Below, piece after piece: positions 36,524 to 46,358 of a stretch of DNA of 64,000 nt (positions within the stretch are counted from its first letter, which is position 1; the number at the start of each line of letters is the position of its first letter). The stretch covers positions 38,315 to 102,314 of the forward strand of contig CAIZVZ010000005.1 of the NCBI GenBank assembly GCA_903936565.1, read 5' to 3'. Under the pieces are notes generated by a model. It was given only the letters and a program-made list of their open reading frames with translations, did not search any database and was not told where the DNA came from. The position numbers were made by a program, and so were the translations under genes. This stretch comes from an uncultured bacterium (GTDB lineage: Bacteria > Patescibacteriota > Minisyncoccia > Phycocordibacterales > CAIZLB01).

Positions 36524-37228
36524 CTACCAAGGCATTCTCTCCTTTCCAAACCAGAAGCCTCCGGTCTCCTTATCTGAAACAACAACACTATAAATACCTA
36601 GAGCAGCCTCTTCTGCTGTTATATCAGCCTCTGGTCCACCAAGATCGGTCCTAACCCATCCAGGGTGAACCGAAGAAACTATTATATCTGACTTCTTCAA
36701 CCTCTGCGCCAGAGTGCATGTATACATATTTAGCCCAGCTTTTGAAATTTTATAGCTAGGATAATGATATGGATAGTGGCTCTCAACCCTACCTGCTTTT
36801 TCCAGCGACCCCGCAGAAGACGAAATATTTATAATTTGTCCACCAGAATTTATTTGAGAAATCAGCCTTTCTGTAAAATCGATTGGCCCAACCAGGTTGA
36901 CCTCTAGTGTTTTTCTAAGTTTATCAACAATCACACTTGTGTCATCCTCATCAAAAAGTGCGCCTGCGTTATTTATTAAAATATCAATTTTTGTCCCTGT
37001 TTCAATTATTTCATTAGCACACCTTTCTATACTTTCAGGTGAAGATAAATCTAGCTCGAAGATTTTTGCTTTAGGTACCCCGTCGCAAGATTCAGTCCCT
37101 GTTTCGGTGTTAATTTTACCAACCCCAGTATAAACCGTTCCCAAAACATCAAAGCCTTCTTTTGTAAATTTAAGACGAAGCGCCTCCCCTATTCCTTTTG
37201 AAACCCCTGTAATTAGTACTGTTTTCAT
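36524..37228 (-). CDS. Short-chain dehydrogenase/reductase (SDR) family oxidoreductase
   Basis: MKTVLITGVSKGIGEAL (TGxxxGIG), NNAG, and catalytic YxxxK (YKISKAG). Confidence 0.75.
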   Translation of the reverse strand: MKTVLITGVSKGIGEALRLKFTKEGFDVLGTVYTGVGKINTETGTESCDGVPKAKIFELDLSSPESIERCANEIIETGTKIDILINNAGALFDEDDTSVIVDKLRKTLEVNLVGPIDFTERLISQINSGGQIINISSSAGSLEKAGRVESHYPYHYPSYKISKAGLNMYTCTLAQRLKKSDIIVSSVHPGWVRTDLGGPEADITAEEAALGIYSVVVSDKETGGFWFGKERMPW

Positions 37229-37299
37229 ATTGTAAGCATATCATGAATTTTTCAACACTTAAATATTTTATTCGAGAATAACATTTATCAAAATACGAA

Positions 37300-37806
37300 A
37301 TGGGTGATATAATTATTTTAATCATGGACAATGAACCACAAGTCAAATCAATAACCTGGGAAACTTACGAGCATGAACATCGGGAAAAAAGTAAAGACTG
37401 GTATTGGTCTCTTGGAATTTTAATTGTCACAGCGTCAGTTCTGTCTATAATTTTTGGTAATTATCTTTTTGGAATACTACTTATCGTTATAGGTGTATCA
37501 CTTGCGGTTGTTGGATCCAAACATCCAAAGTTAACCATTTTTGAATTAAACAAGATGGGTATCAGAATTGGCAATAAACTATTTCCCTACGCCACCCTTG
37601 AGGCTTTTTGGGTTCAGGATAATGGGGAACACGACCGACCATCTCAATTATTGGTTAAGTCAAGAAAGACAATGGTACCTTTATTGATAATCCCAATCGA
37701 AGGAATAGAGACTCACGAGATTAGGGATTTCTTATTGTATAATCTACTTGAAAAGGAGATGGAGGAGTCCCTTTCACAGCTAATACTAGAAAATTTGGGT
37801 TTTTAG
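37300..37806 (+). CDS. Membrane protein, unknown function (two TM then soluble domain, possibly bacterial PH-like)
   Basis: 168 aa. Hydrophobic hairpin WYWSLGILIVTASVLSIIFGNYLFGILLIVIGVSLAVVG. Confidence 0.35.
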   Translation: MGDIIILIMDNEPQVKSITWETYEHEHREKSKDWYWSLGILIVTASVLSIIFGNYLFGILLIVIGVSLAVVGSKHPKLTIFELNKMGIRIGNKLFPYATLEAFWVQDNGEHDRPSQLLVKSRKTMVPLLIIPIEGIETHEIRDFLLYNLLEKEMEESLSQLILENLGF

Positions 37807-37833
37807 CAAATCTGTGGTACTTTTTATGGTATC

Positions 37834-37905
37834 GCTCTCGTCGTTCAATGGATAGGACATGACTTTGCGGAAGTTAAAATGTAGGTTCGATTCCTACCGG
37901 GAGCA
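37834..37905 (+). tRNA. tRNA-Arg, paralog of 32569..32640. Anticodon reads GCG by eye. 4-nt variable loop. CCA not encoded.
   Basis: GCTCTCGTCGTTCAATGGATAGGACATGACTTTGCGGAAGTTAAAATGTAGGTTCGATTCCTACCGGGAGCA. Shares the D-loop and T-arm with the other Arg tRNA. Confidence 0.6.
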
Positions 37906-37937
37906 CAAAAATAGAATGTTTTATTATTGGGTGTGTT

Positions 37938-38228
37938 TTGAAATTCTGTGATAAAATACTGAGTATGAATAATTTACCTCTTGTTATCCCCGTAATATAT
38001 TTATTGATATATTGGGTGGGAGCATTCTTCATTGTATATCACCTGCTTAAATACGGTATTACATACTGGCCCAAAAGAGTGGCGGCAGTATTCCTAGCTG
38101 GATCTATAGTACTCAGCGTACTCAGCTTTATGCTCTTTACCCAAATAGATTTTCAACAGCTTTTCGATGGAAAGCTCTTACAAAGCAATAACAGCTTTTT
38201 AGAAAATTTTAAGCAAAAAACACAATAA
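37938..38228 (+). CDS. Small membrane protein, unknown function
   Basis: 96 aa, two predicted TM helices. Confidence 0.3.
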   Translation: MKFCDKILSMNNLPLVIPVIYLLIYWVGAFFIVYHLLKYGITYWPKRVAAVFLAGSIVLSVLSFMLFTQIDFQQLFDGKLLQSNNSFLENFKQKTQ

Positions 38229-38229
38229 T

Positions 38230-38904
38230 ATGCCAAAAATAGTACTTAGAAAACAAAATTGGTTTTTCGACGGTAAGGAGGACGAAGAGGATGTAATTCT
38301 TGTTTTACACAGGCACGTTGTCACGTTAGTGGCTAAAATAACCCTGATTGTATTTTTTGCTTTTTTGCCATTTGTTTTTTTGGTTGTTTTTAGTTCCGTA
38401 ATTGTTAAATACAACCTAATATCTGTTTATTCTTTTGCTTGGATTACCTACTACTTATTCCTATGGTTCTGGTTATTTTACGTAATAACGATGTATTCCT
38501 TGGATAACTGGGTAGTTACAACAAAAAGAGTTGTAGACAGCCTTCAAACAGGATTCTTTAACAGGAGGGTCGCTGAGTTGCAGCTCGACAAGATTCAGGA
38601 CGTTTCATACAAAGTACAAGGCCTAATACCAACATTCTTTAATTATGGATTGGTAGAAATACAAACCGCAAGTAAGGACAACAAATTTTTCTTTGAGCAG
38701 GTTCCTAATCCCCAGAGAGTTAAAGACGTCATAATGGAGCTCATAATTGAAGAGGAGGAGGAAACCGAATCTGGAGGAGATAACAAACACCCCCATCCAC
38801 ATAGACATGTTTTGGTTGCAAACCATGGAATCCCAACACACCTAGTAACAGAAAACGCGGAGGATGTTGCTGAAGTTGATAAGGATATTCAATCTGGAAT
38901 TTAA
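38230..38904 (+). CDS. Membrane protein with probable bacterial PH (bPH_2/DUF304-like) domain and His-rich acidic tail
   Basis: A TM hairpin followed by a ~80-aa soluble domain (…VVTTKRVVDSLQTGFFNRRVAELQLDKIQDVSYKVQGLIPTFFNYGLVEIQTAS…), arranged as in YdbS/YdbT-like proteins. Tentative. Confidence 0.35.
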   Translation: MPKIVLRKQNWFFDGKEDEEDVILVLHRHVVTLVAKITLIVFFAFLPFVFLVVFSSVIVKYNLISVYSFAWITYYLFLWFWLFYVITMYSLDNWVVTTKRVVDSLQTGFFNRRVAELQLDKIQDVSYKVQGLIPTFFNYGLVEIQTASKDNKFFFEQVPNPQRVKDVIMELIIEEEEETESGGDNKHPHPHRHVLVANHGIPTHLVTENAEDVAEVDKDIQSGI

Positions 38905-38924
38905 AACCATAAAAAACATCGAAA

Positions 38925-38958
38925 CAAAAAAAACACCCGTCGGGTGCTTTTTTGTTTA
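38925..38958. terminator. Bidirectional terminator between the 38230..38904 ORF (+) and rpsT (-)
   Basis: aaaaaaaaCACCCgtcGGGTGcttttttg. Confidence 0.5.
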
Positions 38959-38976
38959 TTTAAAAGACTTAATAAA

Positions 38977-39237
38977 TTAGCCTAATTTCTTAACCATCTT
39001 ACTTAGTCTTGACTTCTTTCTGTCTGCTGCACCTTTCTTGATAAGACCACTCTTTGCAGCCTTATCTAATTCCTTATAAGCCTTAGATAGAGCTGTTTGA
39101 GCTGTAGCCTTGTCTGTTGCTGTAAGACTCTTAACACCCTTAACTGCGATGTCTACCTTCTTCTTACGACGGACATTAACAACTCTCTTTCTCTCTGAGC
39201 CTCTAAGTGCTTTTTTTGCTGATTGGGTTATTGGCAT
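38977..39237 (-). CDS. rpsT: 30S ribosomal protein S20
   Basis: MPITQSAKKALRGSERKRVVNVRRKKKVDIAVKG… is typical S20. Confidence 0.85.
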   Translation of the reverse strand: MPITQSAKKALRGSERKRVVNVRRKKKVDIAVKGVKSLTATDKATAQTALSKAYKELDKAAKSGLIKKGAADRKKSRLSKMVKKLG

Positions 39238-39358
39238 ATGTATTGCAAACAATAGCAGAAAAGTTGTTTTTTGACAACTCCAAACCTAGATTACAGTAAC
39301 AAGCACTAGAAAGGTAGGTGTTTTAGCAAAACCAACAACTGGGTGGTATAATACCTCC

Positions 39359-39976
39359 ATGATTGGATATCTAAAAGGAGACATTATTTATAGGGATTTG
39401 AAGTTTTTGATAATAAATACAGGGAGTGGTCAAAATGGTGTTGGCTACAAGGTATATACAACCCCAGACTTTATTACGGAAACTGAAAATTTAGACCGTG
39501 TTGAAATGTGGATTCACACCGTAGTTAAAGACGACGCTATAGATTTATATGGATTCAAAAACAAGGGATCTTTGGACTTCTTCGATCTCCTTCTAAGTGT
39601 TTCTGGAATAGGACCGAAGTCCGCCCTGAATATTCTCGGACTAGCCAACACCCAAAACTTAAGACAAGCGATTGTTTCTCAGGATATCTCATACCTAACA
39701 AATGTTTCTGGAATTAGTAAAAAAATAGCGGAAAAGATAGTTTTGGAATTAAAAGGAAAGGTTCTTGGTGGGGACGATGATGAATCTGATGGAGTCGGAA
39801 TATTGTCCAGCAATAAACAAAGTAGAGGTGTTGAAGTTGAGGCACTTGAAGCTCTCAAGGCGTTGGGATATACTCAGCGAGAAGCAAGGGAGGCGCTCGA
39901 AAATGTATCTAAAGAAATTAAGGATTCAAAAGATATAAGTGCTATACTAAAGGCAACACTCAAGGTTTTAAGTTAA
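39359..39976 (+). CDS. ruvA: Holliday junction DNA helicase subunit RuvA
   Basis: MIGYLKGDI…, HhH motifs (LLSVSGIGPKSALNIL; VSGISKKIAEKIVLELKGK), C-terminal domain III. Confidence 0.85.
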   Translation: MIGYLKGDIIYRDLKFLIINTGSGQNGVGYKVYTTPDFITETENLDRVEMWIHTVVKDDAIDLYGFKNKGSLDFFDLLLSVSGIGPKSALNILGLANTQNLRQAIVSQDISYLTNVSGISKKIAEKIVLELKGKVLGGDDDESDGVGILSSNKQSRGVEVEALEALKALGYTQREAREALENVSKEIKDSKDISAILKATLKVLS

Positions 39977-40019
39977 TTAACACCCAAAACACCTCCCCTG
40001 CTCCGACATAAATAACAAT

Positions 40020-40994
40020 ATGCCTGAACTACCAGAAGTACAGACAACCGTTAATGGTTTAAATAAAAAAGTTAAGGGCGCAAAAATAATTGACGTCTGG
40101 AGTATTTACAATAGTCCATATTATAAATCAAAAGAAAATATTAAAGATCCAAAGTTTTTTAAGGAGTTTAAAGAAAGAATAATCGGATCTAAAATTATTA
40201 ACGCGGAACGGCGGGCAAAAAATATTCTAATCTATTTGGATAACAAAGAAACAATTTTAATTCACATGAAGATGACGGGGCATTTGATGTTTGGGGAATA
40301 CACCAACACTAATAAAACAAATGACCCATGGAAACCAACAGACCCAAACAACGAAGCCCTCAATGACCCGTTCAACACTCACATAAGACTTGTTTTTAGC
40401 CTTGAAATGCCAGGTACGAAAAAAGGTGTTGAGAAAGTTAACCTTGTTTTATCTGACACTAGAAAATTTGCAAAAGTAACTGTTATTAAAACGGACGGCA
40501 TATTCCACTCCCCTGATTTGTCTCATCTCGGCCCAGAGCCACTCGCTAAGGAATTTAATTTTAAAATATTTAAGGATCAAATAAACAAAAAACCGAACGG
40601 AAAGATTAAGACAACGCTCTTGGATCAAACTATAATTGCCGGCATTGGCAATATTTATTCCGACGAAGCATTGTGGCTTTCAAATATTCATCCAGAGAGT
40701 TTAGTTAAAAATATTCTAGACACCGAACTTAAAAAACTTTTTAATTCGGTTTTAATTGTTCTTAAAAATGGAATAGACTTTGGTGGTGATTCAATGTCAG
40801 ATTACAGAAACATTGATGGCGAGCGAGGCTCATTTCAAGAGAGACATAATGCATATAGAAAAACAGGACATATTTGTTCAAAACCGGCATGTAAGAAAGA
40901 AAACAAACTAAATCTTAAGATTGGTATAATTAAGAGAATTGTCGTCGGAGGACGAAGTACTCATTATTGTGAAAATCATCAAACCAAGTATTGA
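40020..40994 (+). CDS. mutM: Formamidopyrimidine-DNA glycosylase (Fpg/MutM)
   Basis: MPELPEVQTTVNGL… N-terminal catalytic Pro/Glu, H2TH region, and a C-terminal Cys-rich zinc finger. Confidence 0.8.
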   Translation: MPELPEVQTTVNGLNKKVKGAKIIDVWSIYNSPYYKSKENIKDPKFFKEFKERIIGSKIINAERRAKNILIYLDNKETILIHMKMTGHLMFGEYTNTNKTNDPWKPTDPNNEALNDPFNTHIRLVFSLEMPGTKKGVEKVNLVLSDTRKFAKVTVIKTDGIFHSPDLSHLGPEPLAKEFNFKIFKDQINKKPNGKIKTTLLDQTIIAGIGNIYSDEALWLSNIHPESLVKNILDTELKKLFNSVLIVLKNGIDFGGDSMSDYRNIDGERGSFQERHNAYRKTGHICSKPACKKENKLNLKIGIIKRIVVGGRSTHYCENHQTKY

Positions 40995-41635
40995 AACAAA
41001 ACGATTCCCGCTGTCACTGCAACATTTAAAGACTCTTTCTTTCCATTCATTGGTAATTCAACACAAACATCGACTTTATCTAAAATCTTTTTAGGTAGCC
41101 CTAAAACCTCATTGCCAAAAATAAATGCTATTTTTTTGGCCGAAGAGCCCACATCAGACTCAGAATCACATTCATCTTTAAACAAGTTATTAAAATCTAG
41201 ATCTTTATAATTTATGGAGTTCTTCGTCTGTTCAACTGCAATAATTTTATAACCATCCTTTTTTAACTTATTTAGCAACGAGGTGTGACTTTTAAAATAT
41301 TTCCAAACAAGACTCTTCTCTGCACCCAATGCGGTCTTGGCAATTTCAGGTTGAGGTTTGTTAAATTTATTTAACGGTGTCGGAGTATAACCAGATAAGT
41401 ATACAGCGCCAACTCCAGCGGCATCTGAGGTTCTAAAAATAGATCCCACATTATGTGCACTTCTTATATCAGGTAAAACAACAACCACTTCAAAAACACC
41501 CTTTTTATCAGCGCAACACTCAGAATTATTAGCTAAATTATAGCTTTTTTCGTCTTTTTTGATTTTATTCCCTTTAATATTAGACATTTCTTGTTTTTTT
41601 GATATAGTTTTAACATTATTTGATAATACGTACAA
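40979..41635 (-). CDS. SpoU/TrmH-family RNA 2'-O-methyltransferase
   Basis: SPOUT motifs …NVGSIFRTSDAAGV… and …IFGNEVLGLP…ESLNVAVTAGIVLFQ. Confidence 0.7.
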   Translation of the reverse strand: MYVLSNNVKTISKKQEMSNIKGNKIKKDEKSYNLANNSECCADKKGVFEVVVVLPDIRSAHNVGSIFRTSDAAGVGAVYLSGYTPTPLNKFNKPQPEIAKTALGAEKSLVWKYFKSHTSLLNKLKKDGYKIIAVEQTKNSINYKDLDFNNLFKDECDSESDVGSSAKKIAFIFGNEVLGLPKKILDKVDVCVELPMNGKKESLNVAVTAGIVLFQYLV

Positions 41636-41660
41636 GAAATTGAACGTACGACAAATATAC

Positions 41661-41733
41661 CCGCTCGTAGCTCAGTCGGTAGAGCACCTGCCTTTTAAGC
41701 AGAGGGTCGTAGGTTCGATTCCTACCGAGCGGA
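41661..41733 (+). tRNA. tRNA-Lys (anticodon TTT)
   Basis: CCGCTCGTAGCTCAGTCGGTAGAGCACCTGCCTTTTAAGCAGAGGGTCGTAGGTTCGATTCCTACCGAGCGGA. Coordinates are ±1 nt. Confidence 0.85.
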
Positions 41734-41752
41734 CAAATATTAAATGCTTTAA

Positions 41753-42085
41753 ATGAACGATATAATCTTAGTATCCTTTGTATTTGTTTTAATTTTTTCC
41801 ATGTCGATAGGTTATAGTGCAGTATCTTTCTATAGAGGTGTTCTAAGATTATCTTCTGGTGAGGACTCTTTTGTCTTTTACAATTTTGGGGACGACAGAA
41901 ACGACAGGATTATTAGAGGCAAAAGTGCCCGTATTGTGTCGTTCATTATTATACTAGTATACACACTAGCTATTTATCTATTCTATAAAACAAACAATTT
42001 TATTATAAACAACTATGTTAGTAATTTAATAACTATTGTATTGGGATTGTTTTTGGGATCTTACTGTTTTAAACAACCAAAATAG
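41753..42085 (+). CDS. Membrane protein, unknown function
   Basis: 110 aa, three hydrophobic helices. Confidence 0.3.
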   Translation: MNDIILVSFVFVLIFSMSIGYSAVSFYRGVLRLSSGEDSFVFYNFGDDRNDRIIRGKSARIVSFIIILVYTLAIYLFYKTNNFIINNYVSNLITIVLGLFLGSYCFKQPK

Positions 42086-42086
42086 A

Positions 42087-42815
42087 TTAAAGTCCAAGAG
42101 AGAGACCTTCCAACTCCACCATCAAGTCTCCGCCACCACGGTGGGCTTCGTGATATATTTCAACCAACTTATCTAGCAATACGTTTAATTCCTTAAGTTC
42201 CCAACCCTTAGACAGTCTCAAGGCCTTCTGAAATGAATATGGGGCTAGGCCAGACTCATCAGCAGTTTTAGAAAACTTTGCCAAATAGACAGACTTCATC
42301 TGCCACCACAAGACACCATGTATCTCCTCCCCCGCAAGCTCCGCTTCTTTAAGTTTTATAAATTCACTCCACGCTCCAACTTTATTTTTACTAGCAAACT
42401 GCTCTGCAAAATCAAACGCTAGAGGCCGCTTTTTTTCAGAACCACCTTGTGCGCCAATAGAATCATTAAAATCAAAAACCTTATAGGCAAACTTTTCTAT
42501 TTTTTTAAGATTAGGAGCTGATACCTTATCTTCTAGAATTATCCAGGCATGCTCACTTACCTTCATTTCTTCTAGTGCCCCAATAACCTCCGATCCAATC
42601 TCCTTATCTTCCAACAACTTATCTAATGTCACAATATATTTTGCCAAAAACAAACCCTGACTACCCAACAATTCTTCAAGTGAAAAATCTTTCCAGTTTT
42701 CTGTGGTTACTCGATAAACAGAAACATTAGGTTGTTTGCTCTGCATAATACCAACAAGCTCTTTTTGTTTGGCTCTTATTTTATTTGTATTTGTTCCGTA
42801 TATTAAATAAAGCAT
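42087..42815 (-). CDS. holA: DNA polymerase III delta subunit (HolA)-like, short
   Basis: MLYLIYGTNTNKIRAKQKELVG… resembles the HolA N-terminus. Lies immediately upstream of polA. Tentative. Confidence 0.45.
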   Translation of the reverse strand: MLYLIYGTNTNKIRAKQKELVGIMQSKQPNVSVYRVTTENWKDFSLEELLGSQGLFLAKYIVTLDKLLEDKEIGSEVIGALEEMKVSEHAWIILEDKVSAPNLKKIEKFAYKVFDFNDSIGAQGGSEKKRPLAFDFAEQFASKNKVGAWSEFIKLKEAELAGEEIHGVLWWQMKSVYLAKFSKTADESGLAPYSFQKALRLSKGWELKELNVLLDKLVEIYHEAHRGGGDLMVELEGLSLGL

Positions 42816-42828
42816 TTTGGTTTGTATT

Positions 42829-45423
42829 TTATTGCTCAGCCATCTCACCCCAATTCAATCCAATGTTTGATGAGGTTACAATCGGCACCCCCTTTGATTG
42901 TTCATTAGTTAAATTGTTTTGCATAATATCTTGAATCTTTTTAGAGATTTTCTTTATAAATTCCTTATCGTTCTCCACCTCAAATACTAATTCATCATGA
43001 ACCTGTAGAAGCATCTTCACTCTTCCATAAACCTCCTTATTTTTTGAATCGTTTATATAATTATAAACTTTTCTCATACTAATCTTTATTATATCTGCTG
43101 AAGTCCCCTGTATTGGGGCGTTAATGGCCATACGCTCAGCAGCAGCTCTAATGAAGGGTAATTTAGACCTTATGCCCTCAAAGTATCTCCTGCGGCCAAA
43201 CAACGTCTCTGTGTAACCGTTTTGTTCAGCAAATCTTTTTGTTTCCTCAAGAAATTCTGCAACCCTACTGAATGTTTTGAAATATTCATTATAAAAAGTT
43301 TGAGCTTCATCTTTTGTACTTCCTAAATTAGTCTTAAGAGCATTTACACCCATTCCATACAATATTCCAAAGTTAATAACCTTAGCTTGTCTTCTCATAT
43401 CCTTTGTAACCTCACTTTCTTTTACATTAAAAACTCTAGAGGCCACTCCAGTATGGACATCTTCACCTTTTTTAAATATTTCTATCAAATTTTCATCACC
43501 CGACATTATAGCGGCGATTCGAAGTTCGATTTGAGAATAATCAAACGATAATAAAACATGACCTTTTTCTGCTATAAAACCACCCCTAACCTTTCTTCCT
43601 AAATCAGTCTTTGTTGGAATGTTTTGAATATTTGGATTTTGAGACGACATTCTACCCGTGGTTGTACCAGCCTGCAGAAACCTTGCATGCAACCTGTCTT
43701 TTGAGTCAGTTAGGAGAGGTAATGGATCAATATAAGTTGAAAGAAGTTTGGCTAATTCTCTATATTCCAATATTTTATCAACTATCGGATGAACCCCTTT
43801 AAGTTTTTCTAGTTCCGATTCTTTAGTAGAGCGAGCACCGCCAGCTGTTTTTTTGAGACGTTTTGCGCCCATTCCCTCTCCAAGATTCATCTCATCAAAA
43901 ATAACCACACCCAATTGTTTCGGTGAATCAACATTAAATTCTCGGCCTGCCATTTTCCAAATCTCACCCTCCAACCTACTCAGTTCCTTGTGATAATCTT
44001 CGGATAACTTCTTTAAATATTTTTTATCAAGTAATATTCCGTCTTCCTCCATCTTAGAGACAACTGGAATAAGCGGCCATTCAATTTCTTTCAGAACATA
44101 GGTCAGTCCTTGTTTTTCAATTTCTCCCAGCAGGTATTTTTCTATTTGTTCATACTTCTTGGATTTTGTGTATTTCAAAACGTCTTCGTATGCTGGGTTT
44201 GTTAAACTAGAATTTAGAACCCACAAAGCAATACAGACCCTCGCTTTTTGCTCTTCCGCTATATCCTCTACCGGCTCAATTTCTACTTTTGAATGACTAC
44301 CCTCAAACACTCCACTACTGTTGGTCGCAACAACGTTTCCAAACAAGCCACCCAATTCCGAATTTGACCCAGAGACATCAACACCATTTTTCCCCATGAT
44401 ATTTTTCAACCTTGTTCCAAGAGTTCTAAACTCAAATTCATCAAATATTTGTTCTGCTTTATTTATATCAAAAGAATCCTTCCAAGTTTTTTCTGGAAGT
44501 TCAAACTTAATTGGAGCATCCCTCCTTATTGTTGCGAGCATTTTACTAAACACAGCCTCGTCTTCACCTTTTTCAAGTAAATCAATAATCCTATCGGTGA
44601 TTCCAAGTTTCTTTATTTCATTTGGCCCACCCTCCTTTTTCAAAGTTACATATATATTTTCAATTGTATGAAAATGAGAAATCAATGTCGTTGCTGTTTT
44701 TTCACCAATTCCAATAATTCCAATAATATTATCCGATGTATCCCCTCGTAAACCCTTATAGTCCGGTAGATATTCTGGACGGAAGCCAAATCTCTCAACA
44801 ACAGCGTCTTCATCGTATGTGACAGTATCTTTTATTCCCTTCTTTAGAGTAAAAACTTGTACCTCCTTGTCGCGCACTAACTGTAGTGTATCCATATCTC
44901 CTGATGCAATCACCACTTTTAAACCTTTTATATCTTTTGTTTGTTCAACAATAGTTCCAAGCATATCGTCCGCTTCAAATCCAGGTTTGTCGAACATTGG
45001 AATATTAAAATTCTCAAATATCTTTCGTGATGATTTTAATTGATCCACCAACTCATCATCACTCTTTTTTCTTCCAGCTTTATAATCTTTATATGCTTCA
45101 TGTCTATAGGTCGGTTGAGGAAGGTCATAACAAGCAACAATATAATCTGGATTGAACTTTTCAATTATTCCAATAAGCATTGAAGATAGTCCGTAAAGCG
45201 CCCCCGTCGGCACACCCTTGGAAGTAGCAAAGTCAGGAAGGGCATGATATCCACGATGAATTATCGCATGGGAGTCTAATAAGACCAGGGTTTTATTTAA
45301 AGCCTCTTTTTTAGAGTCACCCACTTTATTGGCGACCACTTTTTTATCAGTTATTGGTGTTTTTTTCACGTCGGGTACATTATACCCTATTTGTCTTTTT
45401 GACTGAACCTTATATAAAACCAA
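42829..45423 (-). CDS. polA: DNA polymerase I
   Basis: N-terminal 5'-3' exonuclease (…LVLLDSHAIIHRGYHAL…), polymerase motifs A/B/C (…RRQAKVINFGILYGMG…, …QVHDELVFE…). 864 aa, so the 3'-5' exonuclease region is reduced. Confidence 0.9.
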   Translation of the reverse strand: MVLYKVQSKRQIGYNVPDVKKTPITDKKVVANKVGDSKKEALNKTLVLLDSHAIIHRGYHALPDFATSKGVPTGALYGLSSMLIGIIEKFNPDYIVACYDLPQPTYRHEAYKDYKAGRKKSDDELVDQLKSSRKIFENFNIPMFDKPGFEADDMLGTIVEQTKDIKGLKVVIASGDMDTLQLVRDKEVQVFTLKKGIKDTVTYDEDAVVERFGFRPEYLPDYKGLRGDTSDNIIGIIGIGEKTATTLISHFHTIENIYVTLKKEGGPNEIKKLGITDRIIDLLEKGEDEAVFSKMLATIRRDAPIKFELPEKTWKDSFDINKAEQIFDEFEFRTLGTRLKNIMGKNGVDVSGSNSELGGLFGNVVATNSSGVFEGSHSKVEIEPVEDIAEEQKARVCIALWVLNSSLTNPAYEDVLKYTKSKKYEQIEKYLLGEIEKQGLTYVLKEIEWPLIPVVSKMEEDGILLDKKYLKKLSEDYHKELSRLEGEIWKMAGREFNVDSPKQLGVVIFDEMNLGEGMGAKRLKKTAGGARSTKESELEKLKGVHPIVDKILEYRELAKLLSTYIDPLPLLTDSKDRLHARFLQAGTTTGRMSSQNPNIQNIPTKTDLGRKVRGGFIAEKGHVLLSFDYSQIELRIAAIMSGDENLIEIFKKGEDVHTGVASRVFNVKESEVTKDMRRQAKVINFGILYGMGVNALKTNLGSTKDEAQTFYNEYFKTFSRVAEFLEETKRFAEQNGYTETLFGRRRYFEGIRSKLPFIRAAAERMAINAPIQGTSADIIKISMRKVYNYINDSKNKEVYGRVKMLLQVHDELVFEVENDKEFIKKISKKIQDIMQNNLTNEQSKGVPIVTSSNIGLNWGEMAEQ

Positions 45424-45431
45424 TTTAAGTG

Positions 45432-45989
45432 TTAGTTTGTTGCAGAATCTTCTTCACCTTGTAATTCCATAGTGTTTTGAGATGGACTAAAATACATCTT
45501 TCTGGTGTTTTCATCGACAAATTCAAATTCAACAATCGGAGCATTTTTTGGAAGAATGTCTATATCAGAAACCATTTCTGGCCATTCGAAGCATATTAAA
45601 TTTTTAGGGTCTTTTAATGTTTCCTCAAAATCAATAGCTAATATTTCTTTTCCTGATTCTAGCCTGAAAGCGTCAATGTGAATTAAAGTTTCTAAACCGC
45701 AGGTTTCGATAGTATCCTTATATTCAGATGAATTGTGGTCGACATGTATTTTGTACCTTTTTTCTATCGAAAAAGTTGGACTAGTTATTTCCCCATCAAC
45801 ATCCAATATTTCACCAATACATTTAGTAAAAGCTGTTTTTCCGGAACCGAGATCTCCCTTTAACACCAAAACAGTGGCTTTTTTTTCGCCACCATTAGTT
45901 ATTTTCTCCTTATTATTTAAAACCTCCTTCAACACAAGATGTGCAAACTTTTTTGTTTCCTCAAGAGAGTATGATGTCGCTTTATACAT
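45432..45989 (-). CDS. tsaE: tRNA t6A37 threonylcarbamoyladenosine biosynthesis protein TsaE (YjeE)
   Basis: P-loop LKGDLGSGKTAFTKCIG and the downstream SPTF motif. Confidence 0.8.
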   Translation of the reverse strand: MYKATSYSLEETKKFAHLVLKEVLNNKEKITNGGEKKATVLVLKGDLGSGKTAFTKCIGEILDVDGEITSPTFSIEKRYKIHVDHNSSEYKDTIETCGLETLIHIDAFRLESGKEILAIDFEETLKDPKNLICFEWPEMVSDIDILPKNAPIVEFEFVDENTRKMYFSPSQNTMELQGEEDSATN

Positions 45990-46007
45990 TATTTAGACAA
46001 TCACTTA

Positions 46008-46340
46008 TTATTCTTTATCAATTTTTTGCAAGATTTCATCATCTGTCGCTAGGTCCACAGCGGCAACAGTCAGATCGTCGTCTAATTTTTCTAACATCTC
46101 AGAAATAGCAATATTGTCTTCTTCGTCCGTAGCGGCCTCGTCAATATCAGGCATGTTTTTAACATCTTCGCATATATCTGCAAGTGGATTATATATTTGA
46201 TCAACCTCATCTGTGTGAGACTGTAATCTATCAGTAAGGGTTTTTTCCAAATCTTCCCCGTGAAGATTCAAAATTTCTTCCTCCGTTATAATATTATTGG
46301 AGGTTGAGGTATTAGAATTGTTTTTTTGTATTTGATCCAT
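46008..46340 (-). CDS. Small highly acidic protein, unknown function
   Basis: 110 aa, roughly 30% D/E, no TM. Confidence 0.4.
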   Translation of the reverse strand: MDQIQKNNSNTSTSNNIITEEEILNLHGEDLEKTLTDRLQSHTDEVDQIYNPLADICEDVKNMPDIDEAATDEEDNIAISEMLEKLDDDLTVAAVDLATDDEILQKIDKE

Positions 46341-46358
46341 ATTTTTTATTATTAAATG

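Noticed and set aside
41559-41756. 65-aa ORF overlapping tRNA-Lys
   Set aside because: Its translation simply reads through the tRNA-Lys gene (…AQSVEHLPFKQRVVGSIPTER…). Spurious.
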